A DNA stretch of 61,959 bases from Candidatus Danuiimicrobium aquiferis (GTDB lineage Bacteria > Omnitrophota > Omnitrophia > Omnitrophales > Danuiimicrobiaceae). Below the pieces are notes generated by a model. It searched no databases. It saw nothing but the letters and a program-made list of their open reading frames with translations, and was not told the origin of the DNA. Shown piece by piece: positions 46,287 to 55,573 of the stretch (within the stretch, counting starts at the first letter, position 1; the number at the start of each line of letters is the position of its first letter). The position numbers were made by a program, and so were the translations under genes. The DNA lies in the NCBI GenBank assembly GCA_001804285.1, contig MHFR01000045.1:534-62492 (forward strand). Reading direction: 5' to 3'.

Positions 46287-47573
46287 ATGCCGTATTTAAT
46301 AACGGGGTTAGTGGTTCTCGGAGCAATCAGTTTGTTTTTTTTACGTCACATTTTAGGGGGTATGGTCGGTTTGTACCGTGTTGTTCCGGTCAATGAAGCG
46401 CATATCCGAATTTTACGTCATAAAAAAGATACATTTTCTACGCGTGAAGGCAGAAGTTCCTACTGGGTAATTCCGTTTATTACAAAACTGAACAGGCTTC
46501 CATTGTCCAATCTGGCGATTCCGGTGAATGATATCAAGCTGAATGATAAAAATATGGCGAAATTCGTCTGTGATATCGTTTGCTTCATCAACATCAGAGA
46601 CCTGAATCTGGCCGCCGAACGCCTAGTGCTATCAAACGCGGAAAAAGAAATGGGGTTTGATTTCATGAGGCTTTCCGAGGATTTGAAAGCGATTATGGAA
46701 AGCATCGGGCGAACGGTGGTTACCAAGCAAACACTGCTCGATATTTATATGAATCGTCAGTTGCTTGACGAAGCTATTACAAAAGAAGTGGAGGTTGTCT
46801 TTCCTAAATGGGGAATTCAGCTTGTTGACCTGGAATTAAAAGATATTAAGGACGCGGCGGGTAGCACAATCATCGCTGACATTGAAAGAAAAGTAGCCGC
46901 GGACATCCGTCGCGATGCGGATATACGCGTTGCGACGACGACGAAAGAAGCCGAGATCGCTAAAGCCGAAGCGGAAGAGCTTTATCGTAAGCGCCAAATT
47001 GAGAAAGACAAAGCTATCGGCATCGCGGAGCAGACGAAGAATCAAGACATCGCGTTAGAGGAGGCCAAAGCCAACACTCAAAAAATCGAGGCCCTAAGAA
47101 AAATCGAAGTCGGTCATGCGGACATCGAGAAGGAGAAAATCGAACAGTTGGCATTGGCGCAGCGTATCAAGTTTACGGTAGAGGCCGAAGGCCATTCAAA
47201 TGAAATCGAAGCCGTCGGGCGAGCCGAGGCGAACATTATTCAGATCAAAAAAGAGGCGGAAGCGGCCGGCACTTTAAAACTCGCTGAAGCGCTGAAACAG
47301 TTCAATGAAACTGCGCTCAATGTGAAGATGCTCGATATTCACAAAGATGTGATGATTGCAAAATTTCATGCGCTTGCCGAGTCGATTCAGAAGGCAGACA
47401 TCAAATGGATTATGAGCGGCGCCAATGCGCAGAAATTCTTTGGACTGAATTTAGACGCTGAAGGAGGAGCCAACCTTCAGCAATTCTTCGATGAAAGCGG
47501 GCTCGATTTGGAAAAATTAAAAGCCCTCTTGGTCAAAGACAAAAACGACATCGGTCCGGCGAAAACAAAATAA
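46287..47573 (+). CDS. SPFH/Band 7 flotillin-like protein
   Basis: An N-terminal TM helix is followed by an SPFH domain, then a long Ala/Glu-rich repeat region (EAEIAKAEAEELYRKRQIEKDKAIGIAEQ...). AAGGAGG lies upstream of the ATG. Confidence 0.85.
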   Translation: MPYLITGLVVLGAISLFFLRHILGGMVGLYRVVPVNEAHIRILRHKKDTFSTREGRSSYWVIPFITKLNRLPLSNLAIPVNDIKLNDKNMAKFVCDIVCFINIRDLNLAAERLVLSNAEKEMGFDFMRLSEDLKAIMESIGRTVVTKQTLLDIYMNRQLLDEAITKEVEVVFPKWGIQLVDLELKDIKDAAGSTIIADIERKVAADIRRDADIRVATTTKEAEIAKAEAEELYRKRQIEKDKAIGIAEQTKNQDIALEEAKANTQKIEALRKIEVGHADIEKEKIEQLALAQRIKFTVEAEGHSNEIEAVGRAEANIIQIKKEAEAAGTLKLAEALKQFNETALNVKMLDIHKDVMIAKFHALAESIQKADIKWIMSGANAQKFFGLNLDAEGGANLQQFFDESGLDLEKLKALLVKDKNDIGPAKTK

Positions 47574-47731
47574 AAAAAAGGCCATATAATTTAATTACCG
47601 CGATTAGCCGCGTTGGCAAAAAAAATAACAAAAAAGTACCATGCACAATTTGCTTTTACAATCGGAATCGGCAAATAAAAAAACCAGGTGCTTTCACTGA
47701 AGAAACGATTGTTTCATGCATCAAATTTGAT

Positions 47732-48319
47732 GTGCGCGTGATATCTTTGGACGTTCAGCAGCTCCACAACAAGAAGACTGAAATGTTTGAGAAAGCGATC
47801 GGTTATTTGGTTCGAAGATCCGGGAAAGAATTCACACCAAAGTACAAAACGATTGCGACAATTTTAGGCGCGATTCTTTTTATTGCGGGTTGGCCGGCGC
47901 TGCTTTATGGGGTTGGGTTATTGTTTCCCGGAGAAGTTTTTCCCGCGGCCAGCGGCAAGTACGTTATTGCTGCACTTTCGTTTGCTGTTGGAATTCCATG
48001 GATGTTGTGGGCTATTTGGTGGCAGCTGTCGCGCGGAAAAGGAACGCCGGTGCCTATTGTACCTACTCAAACATTTCTTCCCTCTGGCCCGTATCAATAT
48101 GTTCGAAATCCTATGATTGTGGGACATCTTTTTTATCTTTTGGGATGGGCAGCGCTTTTCAATTACATGGGCGGATTTTGGTTTGTTTTGTTTTTTGCAG
48201 TCATCATGGTGCTGGAAATTAAACTGATAGAAGAGAAAGAACTCGAACAGCGTTTTGGGGGCGCGTACCGTCAATACAAGAAAATGACACCTTTTGTCAT
48301 TCCGCGGTTCAGACAATAG
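47732..48319 (+). CDS. Isoprenylcysteine carboxyl / phospholipid methyltransferase-family membrane protein
   Basis: It carries GPYQYVRNPMIVGHLFYLLGWA and the C-terminal EEKELEQRFGGAYRQYKK, both typical of the ICMT/PEMT family. The ATG at 47783 is an alternative start. Confidence 0.8.
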   Translation: MRVISLDVQQLHNKKTEMFEKAIGYLVRRSGKEFTPKYKTIATILGAILFIAGWPALLYGVGLLFPGEVFPAASGKYVIAALSFAVGIPWMLWAIWWQLSRGKGTPVPIVPTQTFLPSGPYQYVRNPMIVGHLFYLLGWAALFNYMGGFWFVLFFAVIMVLEIKLIEEKELEQRFGGAYRQYKKMTPFVIPRFRQ

Positions 48320-48429
48320 AGGCGAGCTGTTTGGGGGATTAGAGAACTGGCGGTTGTGGTGGAGTAGGGAACACTTGCGACTGAAAACTCGGAACCCGGA
48401 ACTCGAAACTCTCTTCAGCTACTGCAAAC

Positions 48430-48458
48430 TGGACGATTCCTGATTAAGATGGTAGAAT
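48430..48458 (+). promoter_or_regulatory. Possible promoter (extended -10) upstream of the small lipoprotein/ogt genes
   Basis: TGGACG, then 17 nt, then TAGAAT, with TGG immediately 5' of the -10. AGGAG lies 9 nt before the ATG at 48487. Confidence 0.3.
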
Positions 48459-48486
48459 CCATTTACTCAAACAGGAGAAGAAAGAA

Positions 48487-48690
48487 ATGAGACGATTTCG
48501 GATTTTATTTATATTGATCAGTGTGGCTTTTGTTTTGGGTTGTGCAAGTAGTGGAAAGCCCATTAAAAAGATAGTCGAGCCGATTCAAAAGGCGAGTGAT
48601 GAGATTGGGGAAACCCGGACGCTTGGTAAAGAGCGTACGTATGCTGTCGTTTCTCCGAGGGACGATAAAAAACTGACAATTCCGTTTTGA
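48487..48690 (+). CDS. Small lipoprotein
   Basis: It has a signal peptide with a lipobox (FVLG|C) and is 67 aa. An RBS is present. Confidence 0.55.
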   Translation: MRRFRILFILISVAFVLGCASSGKPIKKIVEPIQKASDEIGETRTLGKERTYAVVSPRDDKKLTIPF

Positions 48691-49217
48691 CGGAATTGAT
48701 GAGTCTAATGATTTTGTCCGGGTATGCTAAAACGGCAGTCGGTGAATTCCTCATCCGCGCCAGTAAGCGAGGAATTGTATCGATCAACTTTCCGACAAAA
48801 CGCAGGAGCGATTTATCCATTCCGGTTTCTTCTCAAGAATCTTTGCAGCATATCAAAATGTGCGAAAAGGGCCTTTTGCGTTTTTTTAAAGGCCGGCAGG
48901 CGGAATTATCCGGAATTCCAATCGATTGGCAGCAATTCGGTACTTTTGATCGGCGCATTTATCAGGCATTGCGAAATGTGCCGCCCGGGGAAACTATTTG
49001 TTATGGCGAATTGGCGCGAAGGAGCGGATTTCCTAAAGCGGCACGTGCGGTGGGAAATGCATTGAACCGGAATCCAGTCCCGATTTTGATTCCATGTCAC
49101 CGGGTTTTGCGGAAAGACGGATCCTTGGGCGGTTTCAGCAGCGGAATTGGTTGGAAACGTAAATTGCTCCACTTGGACAAAAAACAGAACCGGACATTTC
49201 ATAAAAGGAGTAACTGA
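48687..49217 (+). CDS. ogt: Methylated-DNA-protein-cysteine methyltransferase
   Basis: The active-site motif IPCHRVL is preceded by YGELARRSGFPKAARAVGNALNRNPVPILIP. Confidence 0.9.
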   Translation: MTELMSLMILSGYAKTAVGEFLIRASKRGIVSINFPTKRRSDLSIPVSSQESLQHIKMCEKGLLRFFKGRQAELSGIPIDWQQFGTFDRRIYQALRNVPPGETICYGELARRSGFPKAARAVGNALNRNPVPILIPCHRVLRKDGSLGGFSSGIGWKRKLLHLDKKQNRTFHKRSN

Positions 49218-49220
49218 TCA

Positions 49221-49619
49221 GTGAATGCACGAAATATTGTTTTGCTTGCTAAAAATGCGGCAGAAGAAAAAATGGGGGTTGATCCGGTTGTTTTAGACGT
49301 TCGGGAACTGACGGATATTGCGGACTATTTTCTCATTGTACACGGAACTTCCGATCGCCACGTCCGGACATTGGCAGATCATATTATGGATGTTCTCGAT
49401 CAGAACAATGTGCGGGTTGCACATGTCGAAGGATTGACTTCTGCCAAATGGGTTCTTTTGGATTATAGCAATGTGATGATCCATGTGTTTTATTATGAAA
49501 CGAGGAGTTATTATCATTTAGGGCGGCTTTGGGGCGAAGCCAAAGTCGTAAAAACAATTAAAGGTACGAAAAAGAATGAAAAACGAACTAAAAAAGCTGG
49601 TCGACCGCATTCTTCCTGA
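49221..49619 (+). CDS. rsfS: Ribosome silencing factor
   Basis: It carries DPVVLDVRELTDIADYFLIVHGTSDRHVRTLADHI and WVLLDYSNVMIHVF. The GTG start follows AAAAGGAG. Confidence 0.9.
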   Translation: MNARNIVLLAKNAAEEKMGVDPVVLDVRELTDIADYFLIVHGTSDRHVRTLADHIMDVLDQNNVRVAHVEGLTSAKWVLLDYSNVMIHVFYYETRSYYHLGRLWGEAKVVKTIKGTKKNEKRTKKAGRPHSS

Positions 49620-51270
49620 AATTCTTTCCGAGTTAAGCCCCGAGCAGCCAATCGATCCTAAAAAAATTGATTATGATGTTGACCTTCCGAAGGTCAAGGG
49701 ACATGGGGACCTTTCGATTAATCTTGGTTTTCAACTCAGCAGGATGCTCAAAAAAGCGCCTTTTGAAATTGCTACGCACTGTCTTCGGATCATTGAAAAG
49801 AAAATGAAGGTCGACGCAGATTGGCAAAAGTGGGTAAAAAGTGTGACGGTTGCGAAACCCGGGTTTCTAAATTTTAAATTGGTTGAAAATTCTGCGGCCG
49901 GATTTTTGATTGATATGGCAAAAGCGGATGCGGCTTACGGCAAATCTGAATTTGGAAAAGGAAAAAGAGTTCTGATCGAATTTGTAAGTGCAAATCCAAC
50001 CGGACCGCTGACGATTGCGCATGGCCGCCAAGCAGCACTGGGAGACACCCTGGCGCGTATTTTGAATGCGGTTGGGTTTAAGGCGGATAAAGAATTCTAT
50101 TTGAACGATGCCGGCCGCCAAATCCGTTTGCTCGGAGAGAGTATTTGGGCTCGATTTTGTGAGTTGAGCGGCAAGCCCTATGCATTTCCGGAAGAAGGTT
50201 ATAAAGGGACTTATTTGATTGATATTGCGCGCGAGCTTAAGGAACAATTTGGCGAGTCTTTGTTGTCGAAAAAATCAGCGGAAGCGATTGACACGGCCAG
50301 GCAGTTTGGCGTGACGAAAATTTTGGATAGCATTAAAAAAGATCTCGCTGATATGCGGATTGTATTTGACAATTATTTTAGTGAGAAGAGTTTGTATGAA
50401 CGTAAAGTGGTTGAGGAAGTGATTGAACGCTTGCGTGCGAAACAGTTGGTTTTTGAAGCGGAAGGTGCCGTATGGTTCCGATCGACGGATTTTGGCGATG
50501 ATAAAGACCGAGTGTTGAGAAAATCGACCGGTGAAAATACTTATTTAGCGCCGGATATCGCCTATCACTCCGTCAAATTCGGGCGTGGTTATGAACGGCT
50601 TGTCAATTTGTGGGGGCCGGACCACCACGGATATGTTCCGAGGCTCAAAGCGGCCTGCCAGGCGCTCGGATATTCCAAAGATCAAATTGATGTATTAATT
50701 GTCCAGCTTACGACGCTTTATCGGGATGGGGTGCCTGTCCGGATGTCGACGCGGGCGGGCGAATTTGTCACGCTCCGGGAATTGATGGATGAGGTCGGAG
50801 TCGATGCAACACGGTTTTTCTTTCTAATGCGCAAAGTGGATAGTCATCTTGATTTTGATCTGGAGCTTGCGAAAAAACAGTCGGATGAGAATCCGGTCTA
50901 TTATCTTCAATATGCGCACGCGCGCATTTCGAGCATTTTGGCATATGCGAATCGGCCCGATGAACAGGTTGATGATTTGATGAAAGCGGACTTGTCGCGG
51001 ATTATCGAACCGGAAGAAATCAATTTGATTAAAAAAATGTCGGAGTTCCCGGAAGCACTCGTCCAGGCAGCGACGAATTTAGAACCTTACCGGATTGTTG
51101 ATTATTTGCGGGAATTGGCAGCGTCATTTCATAAATTCTACGCGCTCCACCGGGTGGTGTCGGATGACCCGTCATTGACTCAAGCACGGCTTCTTCTCAC
51201 CCATTGTGTCCGGCTCGTTCTTAGAAACGGTTTAACCGTTCTTGGCGTATCCGCGCCGAAGAAAATGTAA
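49576..51270 (+). CDS. argS: Arginine--tRNA ligase
   Basis: It carries EFVSANPTGPLTIAHGR (HIGH region), an MSTR(A) KMSKS-like motif, and the C-terminal anticodon-binding DALR-type region. It is 564 aa. Confidence 0.93.
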   Translation: MKNELKKLVDRILPEILSELSPEQPIDPKKIDYDVDLPKVKGHGDLSINLGFQLSRMLKKAPFEIATHCLRIIEKKMKVDADWQKWVKSVTVAKPGFLNFKLVENSAAGFLIDMAKADAAYGKSEFGKGKRVLIEFVSANPTGPLTIAHGRQAALGDTLARILNAVGFKADKEFYLNDAGRQIRLLGESIWARFCELSGKPYAFPEEGYKGTYLIDIARELKEQFGESLLSKKSAEAIDTARQFGVTKILDSIKKDLADMRIVFDNYFSEKSLYERKVVEEVIERLRAKQLVFEAEGAVWFRSTDFGDDKDRVLRKSTGENTYLAPDIAYHSVKFGRGYERLVNLWGPDHHGYVPRLKAACQALGYSKDQIDVLIVQLTTLYRDGVPVRMSTRAGEFVTLRELMDEVGVDATRFFFLMRKVDSHLDFDLELAKKQSDENPVYYLQYAHARISSILAYANRPDEQVDDLMKADLSRIIEPEEINLIKKMSEFPEALVQAATNLEPYRIVDYLRELAASFHKFYALHRVVSDDPSLTQARLLLTHCVRLVLRNGLTVLGVSAPKKM

Positions 51271-52190
51271 TGAATGACCAAATTCTATTCATTATCGGTC
51301 CCACAGCATCCGGAAAATCCGAGATTGGGTTAGAACTCGCGAGACGCACTTGTGCCGAAATTATCTCCTGCGATTCCATGCAGATTTATAAAGGAATGGA
51401 TATCGGTACCGCCAAACCTTCTCCGGAAGAACAAAAAGAAGTTCCCCATCACTTGATTGATATTATTTCGCCGCAGGAAAGTTTTTCTGTTTACGAATAT
51501 CGCGAGCTTGCGCTGAAAGCAATTCAGAAAATCAGAGGAAAAGGGAAACTCCCACTGTTCGTTGGCGGATCAGGTTTATATATACGGGCGGTGGTTGATG
51601 GCCTTGATCCTTTGCCCGGGAGAGTGAATGAAGTTCGGGAAAAGTTGGGAAAAATCGAAAAAGAAAAAGGCTTAATAGCGCTATATGAAAAATTACAGCA
51701 GGTGAATCCCAAACGCGCCAAAGAACTTCATCCGAATGATAAAAAGCGGATTATTCGCGCCCTTGAAATTTGGGAACTATCGGAAGAATCGGGGATGTAT
51801 GGCAAAGAAAAAAGAAAAGCCGATTTTTCAGGACAATTTCACATGTATGGAGTGATGCGCGATCGCGAAGAATTGTATCAGCGAGTTGAACAGCGGGTTG
51901 ATGAGATGATGGCGAGTGGATGGCTTCGCGAAGTCGAGTGCTTAAAAAAAGGTGGGTTTTCTGAAACGGCCCGAGAGGCGATCGGGTATAAAGAGTTGCT
52001 CGAACATATAGCCGAAAAAAAGACGCTCGAAGAAACTGTTGCTGAAATTAAGAAACGGACGCGGCATCTTGTTAAAAAGCAAATGACTTGGTTTCGGTCC
52101 GATAAGCGCATAAAATGGGTCCCGGTTAAAGGCGTAAACTTTGCGGAGAAAACTGCTGTTGAGATTTTAAACGATTTGAAAGGAATATAA
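51270..52190 (+). CDS. miaA: tRNA dimethylallyltransferase
   Basis: It carries the P-loop IIGPTASGKS, the block ISCDSMQIYKGMDIGTAKPS, and HHLIDI. Confidence 0.93.
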   Translation: MNDQILFIIGPTASGKSEIGLELARRTCAEIISCDSMQIYKGMDIGTAKPSPEEQKEVPHHLIDIISPQESFSVYEYRELALKAIQKIRGKGKLPLFVGGSGLYIRAVVDGLDPLPGRVNEVREKLGKIEKEKGLIALYEKLQQVNPKRAKELHPNDKKRIIRALEIWELSEESGMYGKEKRKADFSGQFHMYGVMRDREELYQRVEQRVDEMMASGWLREVECLKKGGFSETAREAIGYKELLEHIAEKKTLEETVAEIKKRTRHLVKKQMTWFRSDKRIKWVPVKGVNFAEKTAVEILNDLKGI

Positions 52191-52751
52191 ATGAGCTCAA
52201 AGGGTAACTCTAATTTTAAGACGCTTTCGAGGAAGGTGATTTTTAAAGGAAAAATTTTTACTCTTGAGACGGTTTGTAAAAAAGCGCCGAACGGAAAGTT
52301 TTTGAAACATGACATTGTGAGACATCCGGGCGCTGTTGTGGTGATTCCTGTTTTATCGAAAGACAGGTTTGTGATGATCCGGCAATACCGCTCGGCGTTA
52401 GATTCTGTGATTTGGGAATTTCCCGCCGGGACGTTAGAAAAAGGCGAATCACCGCTTGCATGTGCGAAACGCGAGATTATTGAAGAAATAGGATTTGAAG
52501 CGAGAAAATGGAAGAAATTGGGGGTTTTTTATCCTGCACCGGGTTTTTCAACCGAATGTCTGTCTTTATATTTGGCGCATGATTTGCGACCGAAAAGGAG
52601 CGCAAAAGATTCTGACGAGTTTATTACACGCAAAATTTTACGGTTAACGCAATTACAAACAATGGTTTCTCGTGGTATAATTATTGATGCAAAAACATTG
52701 GTCGGGCTTTTGTATTATCAGATGTGGAACAAGAAACAAGCGTCTTTCTAA
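52191..52751 (+). CDS. Nudix hydrolase (ADP-ribose pyrophosphatase-like)
   Basis: The Nudix box is GTLEKGESPLACAKREIIEEIGF. Confidence 0.85.
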   Translation: MSSKGNSNFKTLSRKVIFKGKIFTLETVCKKAPNGKFLKHDIVRHPGAVVVIPVLSKDRFVMIRQYRSALDSVIWEFPAGTLEKGESPLACAKREIIEEIGFEARKWKKLGVFYPAPGFSTECLSLYLAHDLRPKRSAKDSDEFITRKILRLTQLQTMVSRGIIIDAKTLVGLLYYQMWNKKQASF

Positions 52752-52817
52752 TTAGGCATTCAAGTAGGTTTTGATTTGACCGATAATTATAGGGAAATAT
52801 AAGCGAGTTCATTTTCT

Positions 52818-53183
52818 ATGAATAAACATATTTTAATCGCAGATGACGAGTTGGATGTAATCGAAACGGCCAAGTTGCGTTTACAGGCATTCGGTTATAA
52901 AGTTACGACCACGATGGGTGAGAAAACCATTGAGGACGTTCGCAAAGCCAAGCCCGATTTAATTCTTTTGGATGTGATTATGCCGGGGATGGATGGTTTT
53001 GCCGTGATTCGTGAGTTGAAACGTGATCCGGAATTAGCGAAAATTCCCGTGGTTGTATTTTCCGCAAAACCACGGGCCGCAATGATTGAGCTTTTCAGCC
53101 CGGAAGGAATAGCCGGTTATATTTCAAAACCCTACGATGCTAAGGAACTTCTGAAGCAAATTAATCAGATCCTAGGCGTATAG
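52818..53183 (+). CDS. Single-domain response regulator (CheY-like receiver)
   Basis: It carries ILIADDE, DLILLDVIMPGMDGF (phospho-acceptor Asp context) and VVVFSAK. It is 121 aa. Confidence 0.9.
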   Translation: MNKHILIADDELDVIETAKLRLQAFGYKVTTTMGEKTIEDVRKAKPDLILLDVIMPGMDGFAVIRELKRDPELAKIPVVVFSAKPRAAMIELFSPEGIAGYISKPYDAKELLKQINQILGV

Positions 53184-53204
53184 CTTTACATTTTTTTCTC
53201 CCGA

Positions 53205-53233
53205 TTGATTTCAGCCGCTAAAACCTGTACAAT
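53205..53233 (+). promoter_or_regulatory. Sigma70-like promoter upstream of the deoxyhypusine synthase-like gene
   Basis: TTGATT (53205-53210), then exactly 17 nt, then TACAAT (53228-53233). Confidence 0.45.
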
Positions 53234-53251
53234 AATCATTCTTACAATGGA

Positions 53252-54421
53252 ATGACCAAGGAAGGAATGATTATTGTGAATGAGTTGCCTTTTACAAGCC
53301 TATCAGATACCGCGCTCAAGAAGCAGAAAGCTGAAATATTATCTCAGCCTGTTGTAGACATTGATGTGTCTAAAGGAAATACGCTCGCAAAGCTTCTGGA
53401 TGGGTTTCAAGAGATGTCCATTCAGGCGAGGAATCTTGGTGACTGTGCGGATGTGTTTGAGAGAATGCTTAAGGACCCTGAACGGCCGACCATTTTACTG
53501 GGGCTGGCGGGGCCCTTGATTGCCGCCGGATTGCGAAAAGTGATTCGTGACATGATTGCTTACGGACTCGTGGATGTGGTGGTTTCGACCGGTGCAATTT
53601 TATATCAGGATTTATACCGGGCGCGTGGGTTTCATCATTACCGCGGGACTCCGGACGCTGACGATCGGGTTCTTCGGGATCTTTTAATCGACCGAATCTA
53701 TGATACTTATGTGGACGAGGAACAATTTATTAATCTCGACAGGGAGATCGGACAATTTTCAGATGCGTTGCCGCCCGGAGAATATTCAAGTCGTGCTTTT
53801 CTCCGTGAATTGTCCCGAAGTATCGTTGATTCAAACTCCATCTTAGGCGAAGCCTATCGGCAGGGGGTTCCGGTTTTTTCTCCCGCGCTGAACGATTCAA
53901 GTATCGGGATCGGTTTGACGGAGCATCATCACCGCGCGCGGCAGGAAGGGCGGAAAAGTATTGTTATCAATTCAATCCAGGATAATTATGAGTTGACCCA
54001 AATTGTAGTTCAGTCAAAAAGTACTGCTGCTATTTACGTGGCAGGCGGTGTTCCGAAGAATTTTATTAATGATTCGATTGTGATGGCCTATATTTTTGGA
54101 TGTAATACCGGCGGCCATCGATATGCCATTCAAATGACAACCGACGCGCCCCACTGGGGCGGATTAAGCGGAAGTACGCTGTCGGAAGCAAAATCGTGGG
54201 GAAAAATTAATAAAAAAGCAGACCATCAGATGGTTTTTGTTGAACCCTCGGTTTCATTGCCGCTGATTGTCGGTTCGGTTTTAGAAAAAAAAGCATACGA
54301 AAAGCGCACGCGTATGTTATTCGAGTGGGCTGGCGATAAGCTTGAGAAATTAGCGTATGGCGGGATAAGAACAGAAGCGGAAATTTGCGGAGCAAATTGT
54401 TCAAATTGTAAAAAAGTTTAA
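53252..54421 (+). CDS. Deoxyhypusine synthase family protein
   Basis: It carries GLAGPLIAAGLRKVI..GLVDVVVSTGA. The catalytic-lysine block SEAKSWGKI matches eukaryotic DHS EAVSWGKI, followed by SVSLPLIV. Confidence 0.85.
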   Translation: MTKEGMIIVNELPFTSLSDTALKKQKAEILSQPVVDIDVSKGNTLAKLLDGFQEMSIQARNLGDCADVFERMLKDPERPTILLGLAGPLIAAGLRKVIRDMIAYGLVDVVVSTGAILYQDLYRARGFHHYRGTPDADDRVLRDLLIDRIYDTYVDEEQFINLDREIGQFSDALPPGEYSSRAFLRELSRSIVDSNSILGEAYRQGVPVFSPALNDSSIGIGLTEHHHRARQEGRKSIVINSIQDNYELTQIVVQSKSTAAIYVAGGVPKNFINDSIVMAYIFGCNTGGHRYAIQMTTDAPHWGGLSGSTLSEAKSWGKINKKADHQMVFVEPSVSLPLIVGSVLEKKAYEKRTRMLFEWAGDKLEKLAYGGIRTEAEICGANCSNCKKV

Positions 54422-54433
54422 GGAGGAACTGTT

Positions 54434-55375
54434 GTGAAAGCCATTGTGACTGGTGGAGCAGGTTTTGTTGGTTCCAATATTGCATTGGAGCTTGAATCAA
54501 AGGGTGCGGAAGTGATTGTGATTGATGACTTTTCATCCGGCAATTTTAAAACGCTAAAAGGCTTCTACGGGGACGTGATCGCAAAGGATGTGAATGAAAT
54601 TGATTGGAATAAGCTCGATAACGTTGATGTTGTGTTTCACGAGGCCGCGATTACCGATACGACCGTGATGGATCAGAAGCGGATGATGGAAGCGAATGTC
54701 GAAAGTATCCGAAAAGTCTTGGCTTATTGCGTTAAAAATGAAACGAGACTTGTTTATGCTTCTTCGGCGGCTGTTTATGGAAATGAGCCCGCGCCACAGT
54801 CAGAAGAGGGGATTTTAAATCCACTCAATATTTATGGTTATTCTAAATTCGTCGCCGATCAAGTGGCGATGAAAGTTGCGCGCGAAGCAAAAATTATCAT
54901 TGTGGGGCTTCGCTATTTTAATGTGTTCGGCCAACGCGAACAATTTAAGGGGCCGGCGGCCAGCATGATTTATCAGTTGGCGGAGCAGATTCGCAGCGGA
55001 AAGCGTCCGCGGATTTTTCATGACGGTCACCAGAGCCGTGATCATATTTATGTGAAGGATGTGGTCGGCGCTAATTTGGCTGCGATGCAAGCCAAGAAAA
55101 GCGGTGTGGTGAATGTCGGGACGGGAGTTGCAACCAGTTTTAACCGCCTGATTGAGATTATTAACGGCGTTTTAGGAACTCACTTGGCACCGGATTATTT
55201 TAATAATCTCTATTCCTTTTATCAAAATAAAACACAAGCTTCGACGGAGCATTTAAAAAAGTTACTCGGTTTCCAAACAAAATACACGATAGAAGAAGGC
55301 ATTGAAGAATACCTCAAGACTATTTATACCCTCAAGGAACCTCATTTTATGAGCAAGGAAGAAGTGAAGAAGTAA
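54434..55375 (+). CDS. hldD: ADP-L-glycero-D-manno-heptose 6-epimerase-like SDR
   Basis: Block-by-block resemblance to E. coli HldD: VTGGAGFVGSNI, YASSAAVYG, PLNIYGYSKF, VGLRYFNVFGQRE..KG..ASM, and YQNKTQAS near the C-terminus. The GTG start follows AAGGAGG. Confidence 0.8.
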   Translation: MKAIVTGGAGFVGSNIALELESKGAEVIVIDDFSSGNFKTLKGFYGDVIAKDVNEIDWNKLDNVDVVFHEAAITDTTVMDQKRMMEANVESIRKVLAYCVKNETRLVYASSAAVYGNEPAPQSEEGILNPLNIYGYSKFVADQVAMKVAREAKIIIVGLRYFNVFGQREQFKGPAASMIYQLAEQIRSGKRPRIFHDGHQSRDHIYVKDVVGANLAAMQAKKSGVVNVGTGVATSFNRLIEIINGVLGTHLAPDYFNNLYSFYQNKTQASTEHLKKLLGFQTKYTIEEGIEEYLKTIYTLKEPHFMSKEEVKK

Positions 55376-55573
55376 GATAAATGGCTTGATAGACTTCAGC
55401 AGTCATTCCGGTCGGCATTCCTCCCTAATTTGTTTATTGATCAGATAAAATCTCACCAAATTTAGTACTTAGCTTCCACAACATCCAGCCGATAATTATA
55501 AGGAATTAAATAAACTGTAATATAAAGAGGCTTTTTTGGGGAATAATTTTAATTCCTGAGGAAACGGCATAAG

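Noticed and set aside
47883-48316. Three overlapping ORFs (47883..48116 +, 47890..48222 +, 47918..48316 -) inside the ICMT-like gene
   Set aside because: These are alternate frames or the opposite strand of a gene whose main frame carries the conserved NPMIVGH/EEKELE motifs. Their composition is Cys/Arg-rich, as is typical of off-frame translation.
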